Shown: in pieces, positions 1 to 10,770 of the stretch
How the letters are laid out: each line of letters opens with the position of its first letter
Numbering within the stretch: position 1 is the stretch's first letter
NCBI GenBank assembly: GCA_963707985.1
Contig: CAVPRW010000009.1
Location: 133,055 to 197,054, forward strand
Source of the DNA: an uncultured Nitrospinota bacterium
GTDB lineage: Bacteria; Tectomicrobia; Entotheonellia; J063; CAVPRW01
Direction of reading: 5' to 3'
Length of the DNA: 64,000 bases
Notes under the pieces: generated by a model
Databases searched by the model: none
What the model was told of the DNA's origin: nothing
What the model saw: the letters and a program-made list of their open reading frames with translations, nothing else
Program-made: the position numbers and the translations under genes

Positions 1-65
1 CGCTGCATGACATACGCGCCGGACGTGGCTTTCTAGGGGACGAATTTACCAAACGTCATCCCACG

Positions 66-629
66 GTGATGCCGATTCGCGATGGATATTTAGAATTTCC
101 GGGTGGGTTGCGGGTCCCGGCCAATCCATCTGTGGGACTCATCGCCACCACGCCCAATGCAATCCAGCAAACCGCCAGTGATAGCGGACCGTATGGCGGT
201 GATATCGATATGAAAGAGCTCACCGCCGGCAGTACGATCTGGCTGCCGGTCTTTGTACCAGGCGGGCTGTTGGTGCTGGGCGACTGCCATGCAGTGGTGG
301 GAGATGGCGCCGTGGGGGGAACCGGGGCCGAGTGCGCCGCGGAGATCAACTTACGGGTGACGCTGGAGAAGGGAATGGGGATTCAGCGCCCACGCGCTTT
401 GACGCCGCAATATTTCGTCACAGTGTCATACGGTGAAGATGTTGGAGAGGCGATGAAGCAGGCGGTCCGCGACATGGTGCAGTTCCTCGCCGATGACAAG
501 GGAATGGAGCCGTATGCTGCCTACACCTTGCTTAGCCTCGCGGGTGATATCCGCGTGTCGCGCACATTCCGTCCCATTAGCCCGGTCAAGATGATGCTGT
601 CACGGCAGGTGTTGGAGCAATTAGGGTAA
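66..629 (+). CDS. Acetamidase/formamidase family protein (5' part probably lies outside the window or is frameshifted)
   Basis: Motifs GPYGGDIDMKELTAGSTIWLPVFVPGGLLVLGDCHAVVGDG are typical of the family. Confidence 0.85.
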   Translation: MMPIRDGYLEFPGGLRVPANPSVGLIATTPNAIQQTASDSGPYGGDIDMKELTAGSTIWLPVFVPGGLLVLGDCHAVVGDGAVGGTGAECAAEINLRVTLEKGMGIQRPRALTPQYFVTVSYGEDVGEAMKQAVRDMVQFLADDKGMEPYAAYTLLSLAGDIRVSRTFRPISPVKMMLSRQVLEQLG

Positions 630-649
630 GACTCTGCTACCAATACCCT

Positions 650-2622
650 TTGGTCTTCTGGGCCGGCATGCTGCTGAACCGATTTGGCCTGTGGCCGGTG
701 CTCGTGCTGGCGGCGATTGCCGCCCACGTCGGTTTTGACGTGCTGGTGTCGGGCAAGGCCGTGGGTACCAGCCTCTTTTTTTCGTCCGCCGCCGTCGTCG
801 AAGCATGCACCGGAGCGTTCCTGCTGCGTCGGGTTCTCGGTATGTCGGGTACGCTGTTGCAGCTCAAAGAGGTCCTCGGCCTCGCGGTGGTAGCAGGGGT
901 ATGCAGCACTGCTCTGGGCGCTGCAGTCGGAGCAGCGGCTGTCGTCACGGTGTTCCCCAAAGCCTCGTACTGGTCTGTGTGGCAAGTGTGGTGGTTTGCT
1001 GATGCCCTGAGGGTGCTGGTGGTCGCTCCGGCGATTCTCACCTGGGCCGGTGCCACGCGGCGATCCTTCCAAGCCTGGGGCGCACGGCAGGTGGTCGAGG
1101 TCTGTGTGCTCTTCGTCGCCATGCTGGTGGTGGCTCAGTTGGTGTTTGGCGCGACCTCGACTCCGGTATGGTCGGTGTTCGATTTTCCCTATTTCGTCTT
1201 CCTCTTCCTGTTATGGGCCGCACTGCGGTTTGACCCACCAATTGTCGCCACCGCGTCGCTGGCATTGACGGTTCTCTTGATCTGGAATGCTGACCAGGGT
1301 CGAGGGCCCTTTATTGTCCCAGGGCGCTCTGTGCACGAACATGTCCTTGCGCTCCAGGCGTTCCTGGCCGTCACGCCGCTGTCAGCGCTGATTCTGTCCG
1401 CAGTGGTCACGGCGCGCCGGCGGGCCGAGCAGTTGTTAGCGGAGTATAACCAACGGCTGGAGCAGCAAGTGGCGGAGCGCACCCAGGAACTCTCCCAGAC
1501 CCTTGACCACCTGGCCCTGGCTACACGCGAAGCCCAGAACGCGCGTGCCGCCGCCGAAGATGCCGATCGCGCCAAGAGTCAATTTCTGGCCAACATGAGT
1601 CATGAGTGGACCACCTGGGTTGGGTGACATTCCGCGTCAGCGATACGGGGATCGGCATGACGCCAGAGCAGATGGCGAGGTTGTTCCAACCCTTCACGCA
1701 GGCCGACGCCTCCACTACGCGGCAGTATGGCGGCACCGGGCTGGGACTGGCGATCACCAAACGATTCTGTCAGATGATGGGTGGAGACATCACCGTCGAG
1801 AGTGAGTTGGGCAAGGGGTCTACTTTTTGCGTGACGCTGCCCGCCCTGGTCAACGACCCCAGGGTGCAGCCCGTACCATCTGGGCAATCCCCCTCCGAGG
1901 TCCTGTCGGTGGGACTGGGGGCCGTCCTCGTCATCGATGACGACCCCACGGTGCGTGAGCTCTTGCAGCGCTCTCTCACCAAAGAAGGGATTCGGGTGAT
2001 CTGTGCTGCAGGAGGCGAGGAGGGGCTGCGCTTGGCCAGGGAACTGCACCCCACCGCCATCACACTGGACGTGATGATGCCGGGCATGGATGGTTGGGCC
2101 GTGTTGACGGCTTTGAAAGCCGACGCTGCGCTAGCCGATATCCCCGTCATCATGCTCACGATCGTCGATGATAAAAATCTAGGCTATGCATTAGGAGCAG
2201 CGGACTATCTGACCAAGCCCGTCGACCGCGACCGACTAGTGGCGATTCTAAAAAAATATCAGAGTGCGGACCCATCCCATCTGGTCCTCGTCGTCGAGGA
2301 CGATTCGGCCGCCCGCGAGATCCTGCAACGCACGTTAGAGAAAGAGGGAGTGGGGCTGGCCCAGTCAGAAGCTCCTGATCTAATCTTGATGGACATGAGT
2401 TTACCGGTGATGGACGGGTGGGAAGCCACGAGGCTGCTGAAAGCGGCGTCCGAGACGATGGCCATTCCGGTGCTTGCCCTCACTGCCCATGCCATGTCGG
2501 GCGACCGAGAGAAAGCCATGGAGGCTGGCTGCGACGACTATGACGCCAAGCCGATCGATTTGCCCCGGTTACTGGCAAAAATCGAGGCACTTTTGGGAAA
2601 GCAGTCTCATCATGAACCATGA
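650..2622 (+). pseudogene. Hybrid sensor histidine kinase (MASE1 membrane domain, HisKA start, HATPase, receiver domains), internally deleted and frameshifted
   Basis: MASE1-like transmembrane region ends at the H-box [11 protein letters not shown]. The sequence then jumps in another frame to VSDTGIGM...GGTGLGLAI (HATPase), one receiver domain, and a chimeric receiver (VVEDD...EKEG joined to [15 protein letters not shown]). Confidence 0.8.
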
Positions 2623-3110
2623 TGGTCATGCACCCCCAATGGTCACCCCCCCACGAATCACACTTTCGCCCCAGACAGCGCCTGACGGGGGGCTCGACGG
2701 CAGCGCAACCCAGAGTGCCTTCCTGGCATACATGCGTCATCAGCTGCGCACACCGATCAACGCCATGATCGGATATAGTGAAATGTTGCTGGAGAACGCT
2801 GCAGACCGGGGCCAGGAGACCTTCATTTCCGACCTCCAACGCATTCATATGGCAAGCAACCAGCTCCTGGCCCACGTCAACGACATCTTCGATCCTGCCA
2901 GGCTCGATGGCTAGCCCTGCGGCCTCAATCTGCAGACTTTCGAGCGCCACCCTGCAGCCCGTGCTGCTGACCCCGATCACTGCCATCGTCGGATACAGCG
3001 AGATGTTGCTGGAGGATGCCGGGGACCAGGGCCAGGAGGACTTCATCCCTGATCTTCAAAAGATTTGTGATGCAGCCCAGCATTTCCTTCTGTTGCTGGT
3101 GGCAATTTGG
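2612..3110 (+). pseudogene. Truncated protein with two tandem HisKA-like segments
   Basis: RHQLRTPINAMIGYSEMLLE and, in another frame, TPITAIVGYSEMLLED...DLQKI. No catalytic domain follows. The end coordinate is approximate. Confidence 0.65.
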
Positions 3111-3283
3111 AGCACTGCTCCGCCGATGGATTCCCATCCGAGTGCATCCTGCATCCGTTTCCCAGTATTACAGGCTGGTGATTGCTATGGGGGGTGTGAC
3201 AGGGCAAGGCAGACACTTCCCGGTGCTGGCGCGGTTGGCATAAAGGGGTTTGAAGGAAGAGTTTCTTGAATGGTACAGCAGGG

Positions 3284-5386
3284 CTACTCAAATAGCGACA
3301 GTTGTCTGTTCGATGGCACGCGGAAGGCGGCTGTCGACAGTGTAGGGCCACGTCCGTCGATGCCGGCCTTGCGACAGGCAAGGGCAAACAACGCCTCGAT
3401 CTGCTCGGCGAAGATACCTTCCCCTCGCATGCGCGAGCTGAAGCGGGGATCGTTGAGTTTTCCGCTACGAATAGCGCGAATCCGGTGCAGGATCTTATCT
3501 TTACGATCGGGAAAATGCTGGCTCAGCCACTGCTCGAAGAGCGCTCCCACCCCATGCGGCAGGCGCAGCGTGACATAGCCTGCAGCTTTAGCTCCGGCCT
3601 GCACCGCTGCAGCGATGATCGACGGCAATTCATGATCGGTCAGCCCTGGGATTACCGGGGCCACCAGCACTCCGGTCTGCACCCCGGCCTGCGATAACGC
3701 CTCGATGGCCGCGAGTCGGCGGGTCGGATGAGAGGCCCGCGGCTCCATGACACGGCCCAGGCTCCCATCGAGCGTCGTGATGGAGAGAAAGACATGGGCA
3801 GCCTCGTACCGTGCCAACTCGCCCAAGACGTCTATATCCCGTGCTACGAGTTGGTTCTTGGTGATGATCACCACGGGGTTACGGAACTCCGCGAGCACTT
3901 GCAGACAGCGCCGCGTCAACTGGAGCCGACGCTCGATCGGTTGGTACGGGTCAGTCACGCCGCTGATGGCCAGCACTTGCGGTTTCCAGCGCGACGAAGA
4001 TAACTCACCCCGCAACAGCTCCGGCGCATCTTCCTTCACCAGAATCCTGGACTCGAAATCGAGGCCGGCGGAGAATCCAAGATACTCATGGGTTGGACGG
4101 GCATAACAGTTGTGACTCACGACACCATTGCCGATAAAATCCCCTGTACCTGTTGTCATATCAAAAAGAGGTAAAGAGAGGTGCAGAGGGTCGATCGAGG
4201 TTACCCCCAGCTGGGCACTACTCTTCACCGCCTGGCCTTCAATATCGCGCTTACGAGTGATGGCAGTGTCAACTGTGTGGAAAAAGCGTAGGTGCTCCCG
4301 TAGTCCCCCGCAAAGTCGCACGACCTGTAGAGGTCGCAATTGGGTTCGGTTGACGGATGCAATGGTGCAGGTAAAGCCGAAACGTTCGAGGCAATGAACT
4401 GTGTATTTAATGATGGTCTGATCAGTGTTTGAAACACGCCATAGGCCATGGCTGTACGAACCTTCTGCGTCAAAGATGCCCGCGAGAAATCCTGTGCACC
4501 AAGCAGCCGAAGGAGCCTGCGGCCAAGCCAGCAGTTCTGTGATATACTCAACAGACCTCCACGCATGGGTAAAGATCGCCGACAGTCCCTTTCTGTTGCC
4601 GAAAGGCTTCTGGAATATAGCTTTGCGCGTCGCTAGCCCAAAGTCCACGAGATAGAGTACTGCTCGTTGCAGGGCCTCCTCATCAACCAGGGCCAGCCGG
4701 AATTGATACTGGTTTCCATGCACCCTCCCCGGACGTTCATAATTGTAGGACGCCAGGTGTCCATCGCCCCGTATCAAGCCAGTCAAATAGCCCCTCTTAT
4801 AGTCAGGGGTTATTTGTGGTGGTAGCCCGAACGCTCCCGTACCCATCAGTTTGTTGTTCGCCGTCAAATGCGGCCTTCGGCGGTTCCCTTGTTCGGCCCC
4901 GGTGACAAACTTCCAGCCGCGCTCGGTCAGAAAGCGATGATCCGCACCAGCGATCAGGTGCGTCCCGTCTTCCAGCAGCACACGAAACGCCGGCTTAACC
5001 ACCTTCCAATGCGCTAACACACGCGTTTTCACGTAACGCCGATACCAGCCACGCCGGGTAGTCCCGTAAATCGCATCACCGACCCGCACGTCTTCGAGAC
5101 GTCGAGTGGTTCCATCCGCCATGAGAATAAGCGTGTCCCCCGACAGACAGTAGATACATCCATGCTCACAGCCTCGATAGGGGTTGATGCTGGCGTCGAA
5201 GCCGACGTCAGGGCTGTTGTTGTAGGTGATGATCGAACGCGATGTGTCTTTAAAGAATTGCGTCTCGAGAGCAGGATCTTCTAGATCGTTCCACTCTGGA
5301 TCACGGCTATACCAGAGTGGAACGAATCGATTAGGAGGGTTGGCAGGGGCACCCCGGCCACGTCCCCGGGTGGGATGCGCAGGCAT
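3284..5386 (-). CDS. PA0069/Rv2578c-family (SPL-like) radical SAM protein containing an intein
   Basis: SINPYRGCEHGCIY-[intein]-CYARPTHEYLG, plus TDPYQPIE and VLVAPVIPGLTD. The spliced product would be 353 aa. Confidence 0.93.
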   Translation of the reverse strand: MPAHPTRGRGRGAPANPPNRFVPLWYSRDPEWNDLEDPALETQFFKDTSRSIITYNNSPDVGFDASINPYRGCEHGCIYCLSGDTLILMADGTTRRLEDVRVGDAIYGTTRRGWYRRYVKTRVLAHWKVVKPAFRVLLEDGTHLIAGADHRFLTERGWKFVTGAEQGNRRRPHLTANNKLMGTGAFGLPPQITPDYKRGYLTGLIRGDGHLASYNYERPGRVHGNQYQFRLALVDEEALQRAVLYLVDFGLATRKAIFQKPFGNRKGLSAIFTHAWRSVEYITELLAWPQAPSAAWCTGFLAGIFDAEGSYSHGLWRVSNTDQTIIKYTVHCLERFGFTCTIASVNRTQLRPLQVVRLCGGLREHLRFFHTVDTAITRKRDIEGQAVKSSAQLGVTSIDPLHLSLPLFDMTTGTGDFIGNGVVSHNCYARPTHEYLGFSAGLDFESRILVKEDAPELLRGELSSSRWKPQVLAISGVTDPYQPIERRLQLTRRCLQVLAEFRNPVVIITKNQLVARDIDVLGELARYEAAHVFLSITTLDGSLGRVMEPRASHPTRRLAAIEALSQAGVQTGVLVAPVIPGLTDHELPSIIAAAVQAGAKAAGYVTLRLPHGVGALFEQWLSQHFPDRKDKILHRIRAIRSGKLNDPRFSSRMRGEGIFAEQIEALFALACRKAGIDGRGPTLSTAAFRVPSNRQLSLFE
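4109..5149 (-). mobile_element. Intein with LAGLIDADG homing endonuclease (347 aa)
   Basis: Starts CLSGDTLILMADG, has block B ADHRFLT, LAGLIDADG motifs YLTGLIRGDG and FLAGIFDAEG, and ends VVSHN followed by Cys+1. Confidence 0.95.
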
Positions 5387-5516
5387 GCAATGGTCCCTCC
5401 TCCGAGACGATCACCAGGCTATAGACACGGAGCCATCTCATGAAGAGGCTTCGGTCCTAGACGGTCGCCATCTCCAGTCATCAAACCACCACGGTACAGG
5501 CGACGCAACACGCTGC

Positions 5517-6449
5517 TCAGCTCCGGAGCGCGGCCGTGCGCTGCCGTGCCTGTTGTTTCGCCTCGTCACGGGATGTGCACAACGCCGCCAGATGTAAGAC
5601 CACCTTAGCCCATTCATCCACCGGTACATCGACCATCTTTCCATCGAGTGGCACTGCAGCCGTTCCCCGGGCCACGCCCTCGGCGAACACCTCACGCACC
5701 CTACTGTAGTATGTCACCTGCTCGGCTGTTGGGCTAAAGGCGGCATTCACGGGCTCGATCCAGGAGGGATGCGGACAGATGGCACCCTTGAAACCCAGGT
5801 TCCGCGCCATGGTGGCCAGATGGAGCAAGTCTTTCTCGGGCAACAGGCGAGGGGTGAGACTCAAGGGAAATGCCATACCGATCGGCTGCACCCCTGCTGC
5901 AATGCCTTCGATCACCACCCGCCCTCGTGCATAGACGAATGGGTCTTCTTCTTCGATTGCAGTAATGCCAAGATTTCGGCACAGATCGCTTTCGCCCAAC
6001 CCCACCTGGGTCACGCGCGGACTGGCGGTAACGATGTCGCGAATATTCCACACCCCCAGCGCGGACTCGAGCAGAACGATCAACTCCAGCGCCCCCACCT
6101 CAATACCCCGCTGGCGCTCCAGGTCAGTGATGAGCGTTGCGGCTTCGGCCACTTCTGCTCCTGACTCGACCTTCGGTAGCATGATACCCGTCAGGCCCGG
6201 CCATACTGCAGCTGCGAGGTCAGCCGCCAGATAAGGTTTGTTCACGCGGACAAAGACCTCTGCGCCGCCGCGCCCGCCAAGAGCAATCGCCTCCCTAAGG
6301 CTGGAACGGACCGCACCTTTGTGCGCCGGTGCCACACCATCTTCGAGGTCCAAGGTGATCGCATCGGCGTTATGATGCCAGGCTTTTTCGATAAACCGCT
6401 GCACAGTCATCGGTACCATCAAATTCGAGCGACGGACGAATTGTTGCAC
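5517..6449 (-). CDS. CitE/HpcH-HpaI aldolase-citrate lyase family protein (copy 3)
   Basis: LDLEDGV, FVRVN, LPKVES, LLESALG, GESDL, GFKGAICPHP, LDGKMVDVP. Confidence 0.9.
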   Translation of the reverse strand: MQQFVRRSNLMVPMTVQRFIEKAWHHNADAITLDLEDGVAPAHKGAVRSSLREAIALGGRGGAEVFVRVNKPYLAADLAAAVWPGLTGIMLPKVESGAEVAEAATLITDLERQRGIEVGALELIVLLESALGVWNIRDIVTASPRVTQVGLGESDLCRNLGITAIEEEDPFVYARGRVVIEGIAAGVQPIGMAFPLSLTPRLLPEKDLLHLATMARNLGFKGAICPHPSWIEPVNAAFSPTAEQVTYYSRVREVFAEGVARGTAAVPLDGKMVDVPVDEWAKVVLHLAALCTSRDEAKQQARQRTAALRS

Positions 6450-6460
6450 CGGTACTCCCC

Positions 6461-7405
6461 CTAGCGCTGCTCTGCCGCCTTCGTGCGCGCCACCGCTTCA
6501 GCCTTCTCCGTATTGCGTTCCGCACACCGCTCCGCCCACTCCAGCAGTTCTTCAGCACGACGCGCTTCATAGACATCGATGATGCGGCCGTCGAGCTCTT
6601 CAAAGACCATACCGGCGCGCTGTAATGCCTGGTAGCGTTCAAGCACCCGCTTGGCGTCGATCACCTCTACTTCAGTCGGTGTGAAGCCGCGATTTTGTGG
6701 CTCGATGACATTCGGATGCAAACCGCCCCCCTCTCGAAAGCCGCATTTGCGGGAGGCTTCGGCCTCGCGAAAGGCCCGATCGGCATCGCTGACGCTACCG
6801 GTGGTGTTCGGCACGAACGCCCCGGCACGGTGAACAGGCACCTCTAAGGCTCTGGCCGTCAGCTCAAGCTCGCCTTTTCCATAGACAAACTGATCGAAAC
6901 CGACGAACATTTCGACGCCAAGATCACGCGACATGTCGTAACCGCCTCCACCGCCGAAATCCTTGATCCTAGGGCTGGCAGAGGCAATCTCCAGCGCGTT
7001 GGCCACGCCGCGAGCAGTCTCGATGTTGGCACCGATTTCGACCGTGCCGGGACGGATGCCACGCTCGCGTTCAAGGCGAGTGATGATGACATCGAGCTTA
7101 CGCATCTCTTCGGCGGTTTCGGCTTTCGGGTAGTTCACTCGTGCCAGCCCGGGCCACACCACACCTTCGAGGTCAGCCTCGACATAATCATGGTTGATCC
7201 GCACAAAGACCTCGGCCCCTCCCTTGGCAGCCGTGGGAATAGCCGATCTGATCAGCGTGCGCGCCTGCGGCTTTTGCGACTCCGGAACTGAGTCCTCCAG
7301 GTCGAGATTAATGAAATCACAACCTCGTGTCCAGACGGCATTGAGAAACCGCGGATTGTTCACCGGCATGGTCAGGCCGGAGCGACGTACATGGCGTTTC
7401 GGCAT
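6461..7405 (-). CDS. CitE/HpcH-HpaI aldolase-citrate lyase family protein (copy 2)
   Basis: LDLEDSVP, FVRIN, YPKAET, IETARG, LHPN. Confidence 0.9.
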   Translation of the reverse strand: MPKRHVRRSGLTMPVNNPRFLNAVWTRGCDFINLDLEDSVPESQKPQARTLIRSAIPTAAKGGAEVFVRINHDYVEADLEGVVWPGLARVNYPKAETAEEMRKLDVIITRLERERGIRPGTVEIGANIETARGVANALEIASASPRIKDFGGGGGYDMSRDLGVEMFVGFDQFVYGKGELELTARALEVPVHRAGAFVPNTTGSVSDADRAFREAEASRKCGFREGGGLHPNVIEPQNRGFTPTEVEVIDAKRVLERYQALQRAGMVFEELDGRIIDVYEARRAEELLEWAERCAERNTEKAEAVARTKAAEQR

Positions 7406-7417
7406 GGTGAAAATCTC

Positions 7418-8341
7418 CTAGAGAGCCACTCGTTGCTGCGCCTGAGTTTTTGCTGCATCCCGCTCGCTGCACGCGTCGGCATAGGCGAGGAGACGGCCGG
7501 CCTGGCTAACCGTGGGGAGGTCGATGATGCAGTCCTGGCGTCGCATGACGCCTGAGCCATGCTGCGTCCCGGCCTGATAATCGGCTATCAGCTGGCGGGC
7601 CTCCCGGATCTCGCTGTGGGTTGGTGTGAAACCACGGTTCAGGGGCTCGACCTGATGCTCACGTAGGCACAGGGCTCCCTTAAAACCCATGTGACGGCCC
7701 CGCACGGCGGCGTCATGAGTGTCGTCCGCATTGGCTACCAAGCCTCGCGCCGGAGCACGCCACCAGGCGCCTAGAGGTACCACGCCGGCAGCATTGGCGA
7801 CGGTGATCAGTCGCTGCATCAAGAAAGGCATGAGATGGAGCTCGCCTGAGGGCTCAGGGCGTAAATCCATCACGAGATCCGCACGCCCTAAGGTCAGGCC
7901 CCAGATGCGATGACTGGCCCGAGCGATCTCTATGGCGTTGTTATTCCCCTTGGCGGTATCAAGCACGGCGACGATCTGCAACGTACCTGGCCGAAAGCCG
8001 CGTTTATCCTCCAACTGGGTGAGGAGGCCATCGGCCTCCGCGACCTCCTGAGATGTTTCCAGACGTGGCATGAGAATGCCGCGAAGCCCAGGCCACACGG
8101 CGGCGGAGAGGTCGGCATAGAGCAGCTCTTTATCGACCTGCGCAAAAACCTCTGCCCCCCCTTGAGCCACGCCACGGATCGCTTCTGGCAAGCCTTCTCG
8201 TGCTGCCGGCTTCATGGCCTCCGGGACAAATTCCATCAGATCGAGCACGATGACATCAGCTGCGGAGGTGGCCGCTTGTTCGACTTGCCCCACGCCGTCT
8301 GACGGCACTAGAAGCCACGATCGCCGGATGCTCCCGTCCAT
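7418..8341 (-). CDS. CitE-like protein (copy 1) with degenerate active-site motifs
   Basis: RRSWLLVP and GRADL are present. It has LDLMEFV for DLED, FAQVD for VRIN and VLDTAKG for IET. Confidence 0.8.
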   Translation of the reverse strand: MDGSIRRSWLLVPSDGVGQVEQAATSAADVIVLDLMEFVPEAMKPAAREGLPEAIRGVAQGGAEVFAQVDKELLYADLSAAVWPGLRGILMPRLETSQEVAEADGLLTQLEDKRGFRPGTLQIVAVLDTAKGNNNAIEIARASHRIWGLTLGRADLVMDLRPEPSGELHLMPFLMQRLITVANAAGVVPLGAWWRAPARGLVANADDTHDAAVRGRHMGFKGALCLREHQVEPLNRGFTPTHSEIREARQLIADYQAGTQHGSGVMRRQDCIIDLPTVSQAGRLLAYADACSERDAAKTQAQQRVAL

Positions 8342-8353
8342 CGCTCTCCCCTC

Positions 8354-9484
8354 TCACAGCTTGTAGATTTTAGCCGCATTGTCGACCAGCACCTGGCGGC
8401 GCTCGTCGTCGGGGATCCCCTCAAAACAGCGCGCAATCGCGCCTCGGCTATCGGGCCAGGTGGACGTCCCCTGGGGGAAGTTGGTGCACCACAGGAGATT
8501 GTCAATGCCGATGTACTTGCGGGTTTTCAGGCCGGTCGAGTCAAACCACCCGATCAGATAGCATTGTCGTTTGAACAGCTCTGAAGGCAACATATCGTAG
8601 CCCTCAGTATACAAGCGCTGACGCTCGAACTGGTGATCGGCCAGCTCCAGCTCATAGGCACCCCAGGCCAGGGAGGTTTCGGCGAACACGACTTTCAAGC
8701 GTGGGAAGCGGAACAAAATACGCGAGTACAAGAAGTTTGCTACCACCAGCACTGAGCTTACCGGGCGCGTGATGGCCTCCATGGCGGCGGACAGCTCTGG
8801 TGAGAACCCGACGTATGGCGGGAACTGGATGGCGCGCGTCGCCCCCGCGTGGAAGCAGACGGGCACATCGAGATCCTGACAGATGGCCCAGACGGGATCG
8901 TATACCGGTTCATTGATGTGAGGTACATCCCGCAGCATCATGGGGACGGCTGGAAAGACGACCCCCCGGTGTCCCTTCGAAACGGCCCGTTTGATTTCGT
9001 TCACCGTGGCTTCGATCGGCGCCAGCGGGACGATACACTGGGGAATGAAGCGCGGGCTGGCGCTGGCCCATTCTTCGATCAACCAGTCGTTGTATGCCTG
9101 TACGCACGCGAGCTCAAGATCCGGGTCGGAAAGGCGGCCGAACGTTTCACCGGCTCGCCCTGCGACAACGGGATAGAAGACGGAGTAATCCACCCCGTCG
9201 ACGTTCATTGCCGTCAGACGCTCTCCAGGCACGTAGGTGATCTTCGGTACTTCCTCCCAGCGTTGCGGCTCACGGGCGCGATCGGGCATGGCGGCTCCGG
9301 CGAGCGCCACACCAGGGAGATCGATCTTCTGACCATCCACTACCCAGTGCTCCGTGCCATCGGTCTGACGCTCGAGGTGGGGAATACGATCGCCCCACTT
9401 GACCTTCGACAGCCGTTGGGTCCACACCTCCGGATGTTCCTGCACATGATCGTCAGCGCTAATGAATCCAAACTTGAGGTCCAT
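8354..9484 (-). CDS. Amidohydrolase_2 family metal-dependent hydrolase/decarboxylase
   Basis: ISADDHVQE, AYNDWL, PVCFHAG, FAET, WCTNFPQ. The usual DYPH motif is altered. The start could also be 9496. Confidence 0.88.
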   Translation of the reverse strand: MDLKFGFISADDHVQEHPEVWTQRLSKVKWGDRIPHLERQTDGTEHWVVDGQKIDLPGVALAGAAMPDRAREPQRWEEVPKITYVPGERLTAMNVDGVDYSVFYPVVAGRAGETFGRLSDPDLELACVQAYNDWLIEEWASASPRFIPQCIVPLAPIEATVNEIKRAVSKGHRGVVFPAVPMMLRDVPHINEPVYDPVWAICQDLDVPVCFHAGATRAIQFPPYVGFSPELSAAMEAITRPVSSVLVVANFLYSRILFRFPRLKVVFAETSLAWGAYELELADHQFERQRLYTEGYDMLPSELFKRQCYLIGWFDSTGLKTRKYIGIDNLLWCTNFPQGTSTWPDSRGAIARCFEGIPDDERRQVLVDNAAKIYKL

Positions 9485-9603
9485 GACGGACGCCATTCCT
9501 TTCCCCGTCGACACGAGATCGTGACGCGACGCTCGGCCAAACCGGCAGCAAGACGAGTGATGAGGCCGGTCACAGCCCTCATCACTCCGCACTTCATTGG
9601 AAC

Positions 9604-10770
9604 CTAGGCGAGATTGTAGATACGCATGGCGTTGCCATAGAGCAGTTGATTGCGCTCTTCCTGGGGAACGCCCTTCAGCGTGCGCTCGACGAACTGCCAG
9701 GATTCAGGATAGGTGGATGTCGAGTGCGGATAATCCGATTCCCACATGATGTTGTCCATGCCAATGATATGGCGCAGTTCGATCCCGGCGCTTTCATACC
9801 AGAAGTCGACATGAATCTGGCGCTTGAAGAGCTCGCTGGGACGTGTCACGATGCCCTGCGTCCACAGGTGGCGGCGCTCCCATTCATGGTCACAGGCTTC
9901 AAGCATGTAGTTCACCCAGCCGATCCCTGTCTCAGCGCACACCCAGCGCAGGCGTGGGTAGCGATCCAGCACGCCCGAGAAGATGAGATTGGGGATGAAC
10001 TGTGCCTGATTGGAGAACCCGCCGGCTGGTCCCATGGCTTGTTCTTGATTGCGTGTGAAGCCCTTCCAGCGTGGAATCGACAGGCGAATGCCGGCGCCGG
10101 CATGCCAGTGGATGGGGGCATTGAGATCCTGGCAAGTGGCCCACAGCGGATCCCAGTAGGAGTCGTTGAAGTGTTTGAGTCCTTTCAGCGTCATGCTTGG
10201 TTCTGCTAGCATGACGATGCCGCGATGGCCTTTCTTCACGGCGCGCTGGGTCTCCTGCACCGCCGCTTCGATGCCGCTTAAGTAGGGGATAATCGCCAGC
10301 GGCACGTAGCGGTCGCTCACCTCACGCCACTCTGCCAGCGCATCATTGTAGGCCTGTACGCAGGCAAGCTCGAACTCGGCGTCACCCTGGAAGAATGTAG
10401 CGCTCTGCACGGGATCGTTGGGAAACAGGACCTCGCCGTCAATCCGGTCGCTGTCCAGGGCTTTGAGGCGCTCGCTCGGATCGTAGACGATGGCTGGAAC
10501 CTCATCCCAATGCTGTGGGAAGGTCTTGCGCAGGGGGTCGTTCATCACCGTCGGACAATTCACCACGCCACGCTCGCCCACCACCTTGTCGTACACGAAC
10601 CAGCGCTGCACGGGCTTTTCGAAGGCTACAGCCATGTGCGCCTTGTCGGTGGTCTCTCTGAGTTCGGGGATTTTATCGCCGAACTTCGCTCTGGACATAC
10701 GGCTGGTCCAGCTGTCTTTGTGCAACTGGGCGTGCGAGTCACAACTGATGAGCCCGTATTTAATCTTCAT
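9604..10770 (-). CDS. Amidohydrolase_2 family metal-dependent hydrolase/decarboxylase
   Basis: ISCDSH, AYNDAL, PIHWHAG, AETGIGW, MWESDYPH. Confidence 0.92.
   Translation of the reverse strand: MKIKYGLISCDSHAQLHKDSWTSRMSRAKFGDKIPELRETTDKAHMAVAFEKPVQRWFVYDKVVGERGVVNCPTVMNDPLRKTFPQHWDEVPAIVYDPSERLKALDSDRIDGEVLFPNDPVQSATFFQGDAEFELACVQAYNDALAEWREVSDRYVPLAIIPYLSGIEAAVQETQRAVKKGHRGIVMLAEPSMTLKGLKHFNDSYWDPLWATCQDLNAPIHWHAGAGIRLSIPRWKGFTRNQEQAMGPAGGFSNQAQFIPNLIFSGVLDRYPRLRWVCAETGIGWVNYMLEACDHEWERRHLWTQGIVTRPSELFKRQIHVDFWYESAGIELRHIIGMDNIMWESDYPHSTSTYPESWQFVERTLKGVPQEERNQLLYGNAMRIYNLA

Noticed and set aside
3284..5386. Radical SAM gene as part of the RiPP pathway
   Set aside because: It belongs to the SPL-like PA0069 family, lacks an RRE or SPASM domain, lies 10 kb away and is outside the island.
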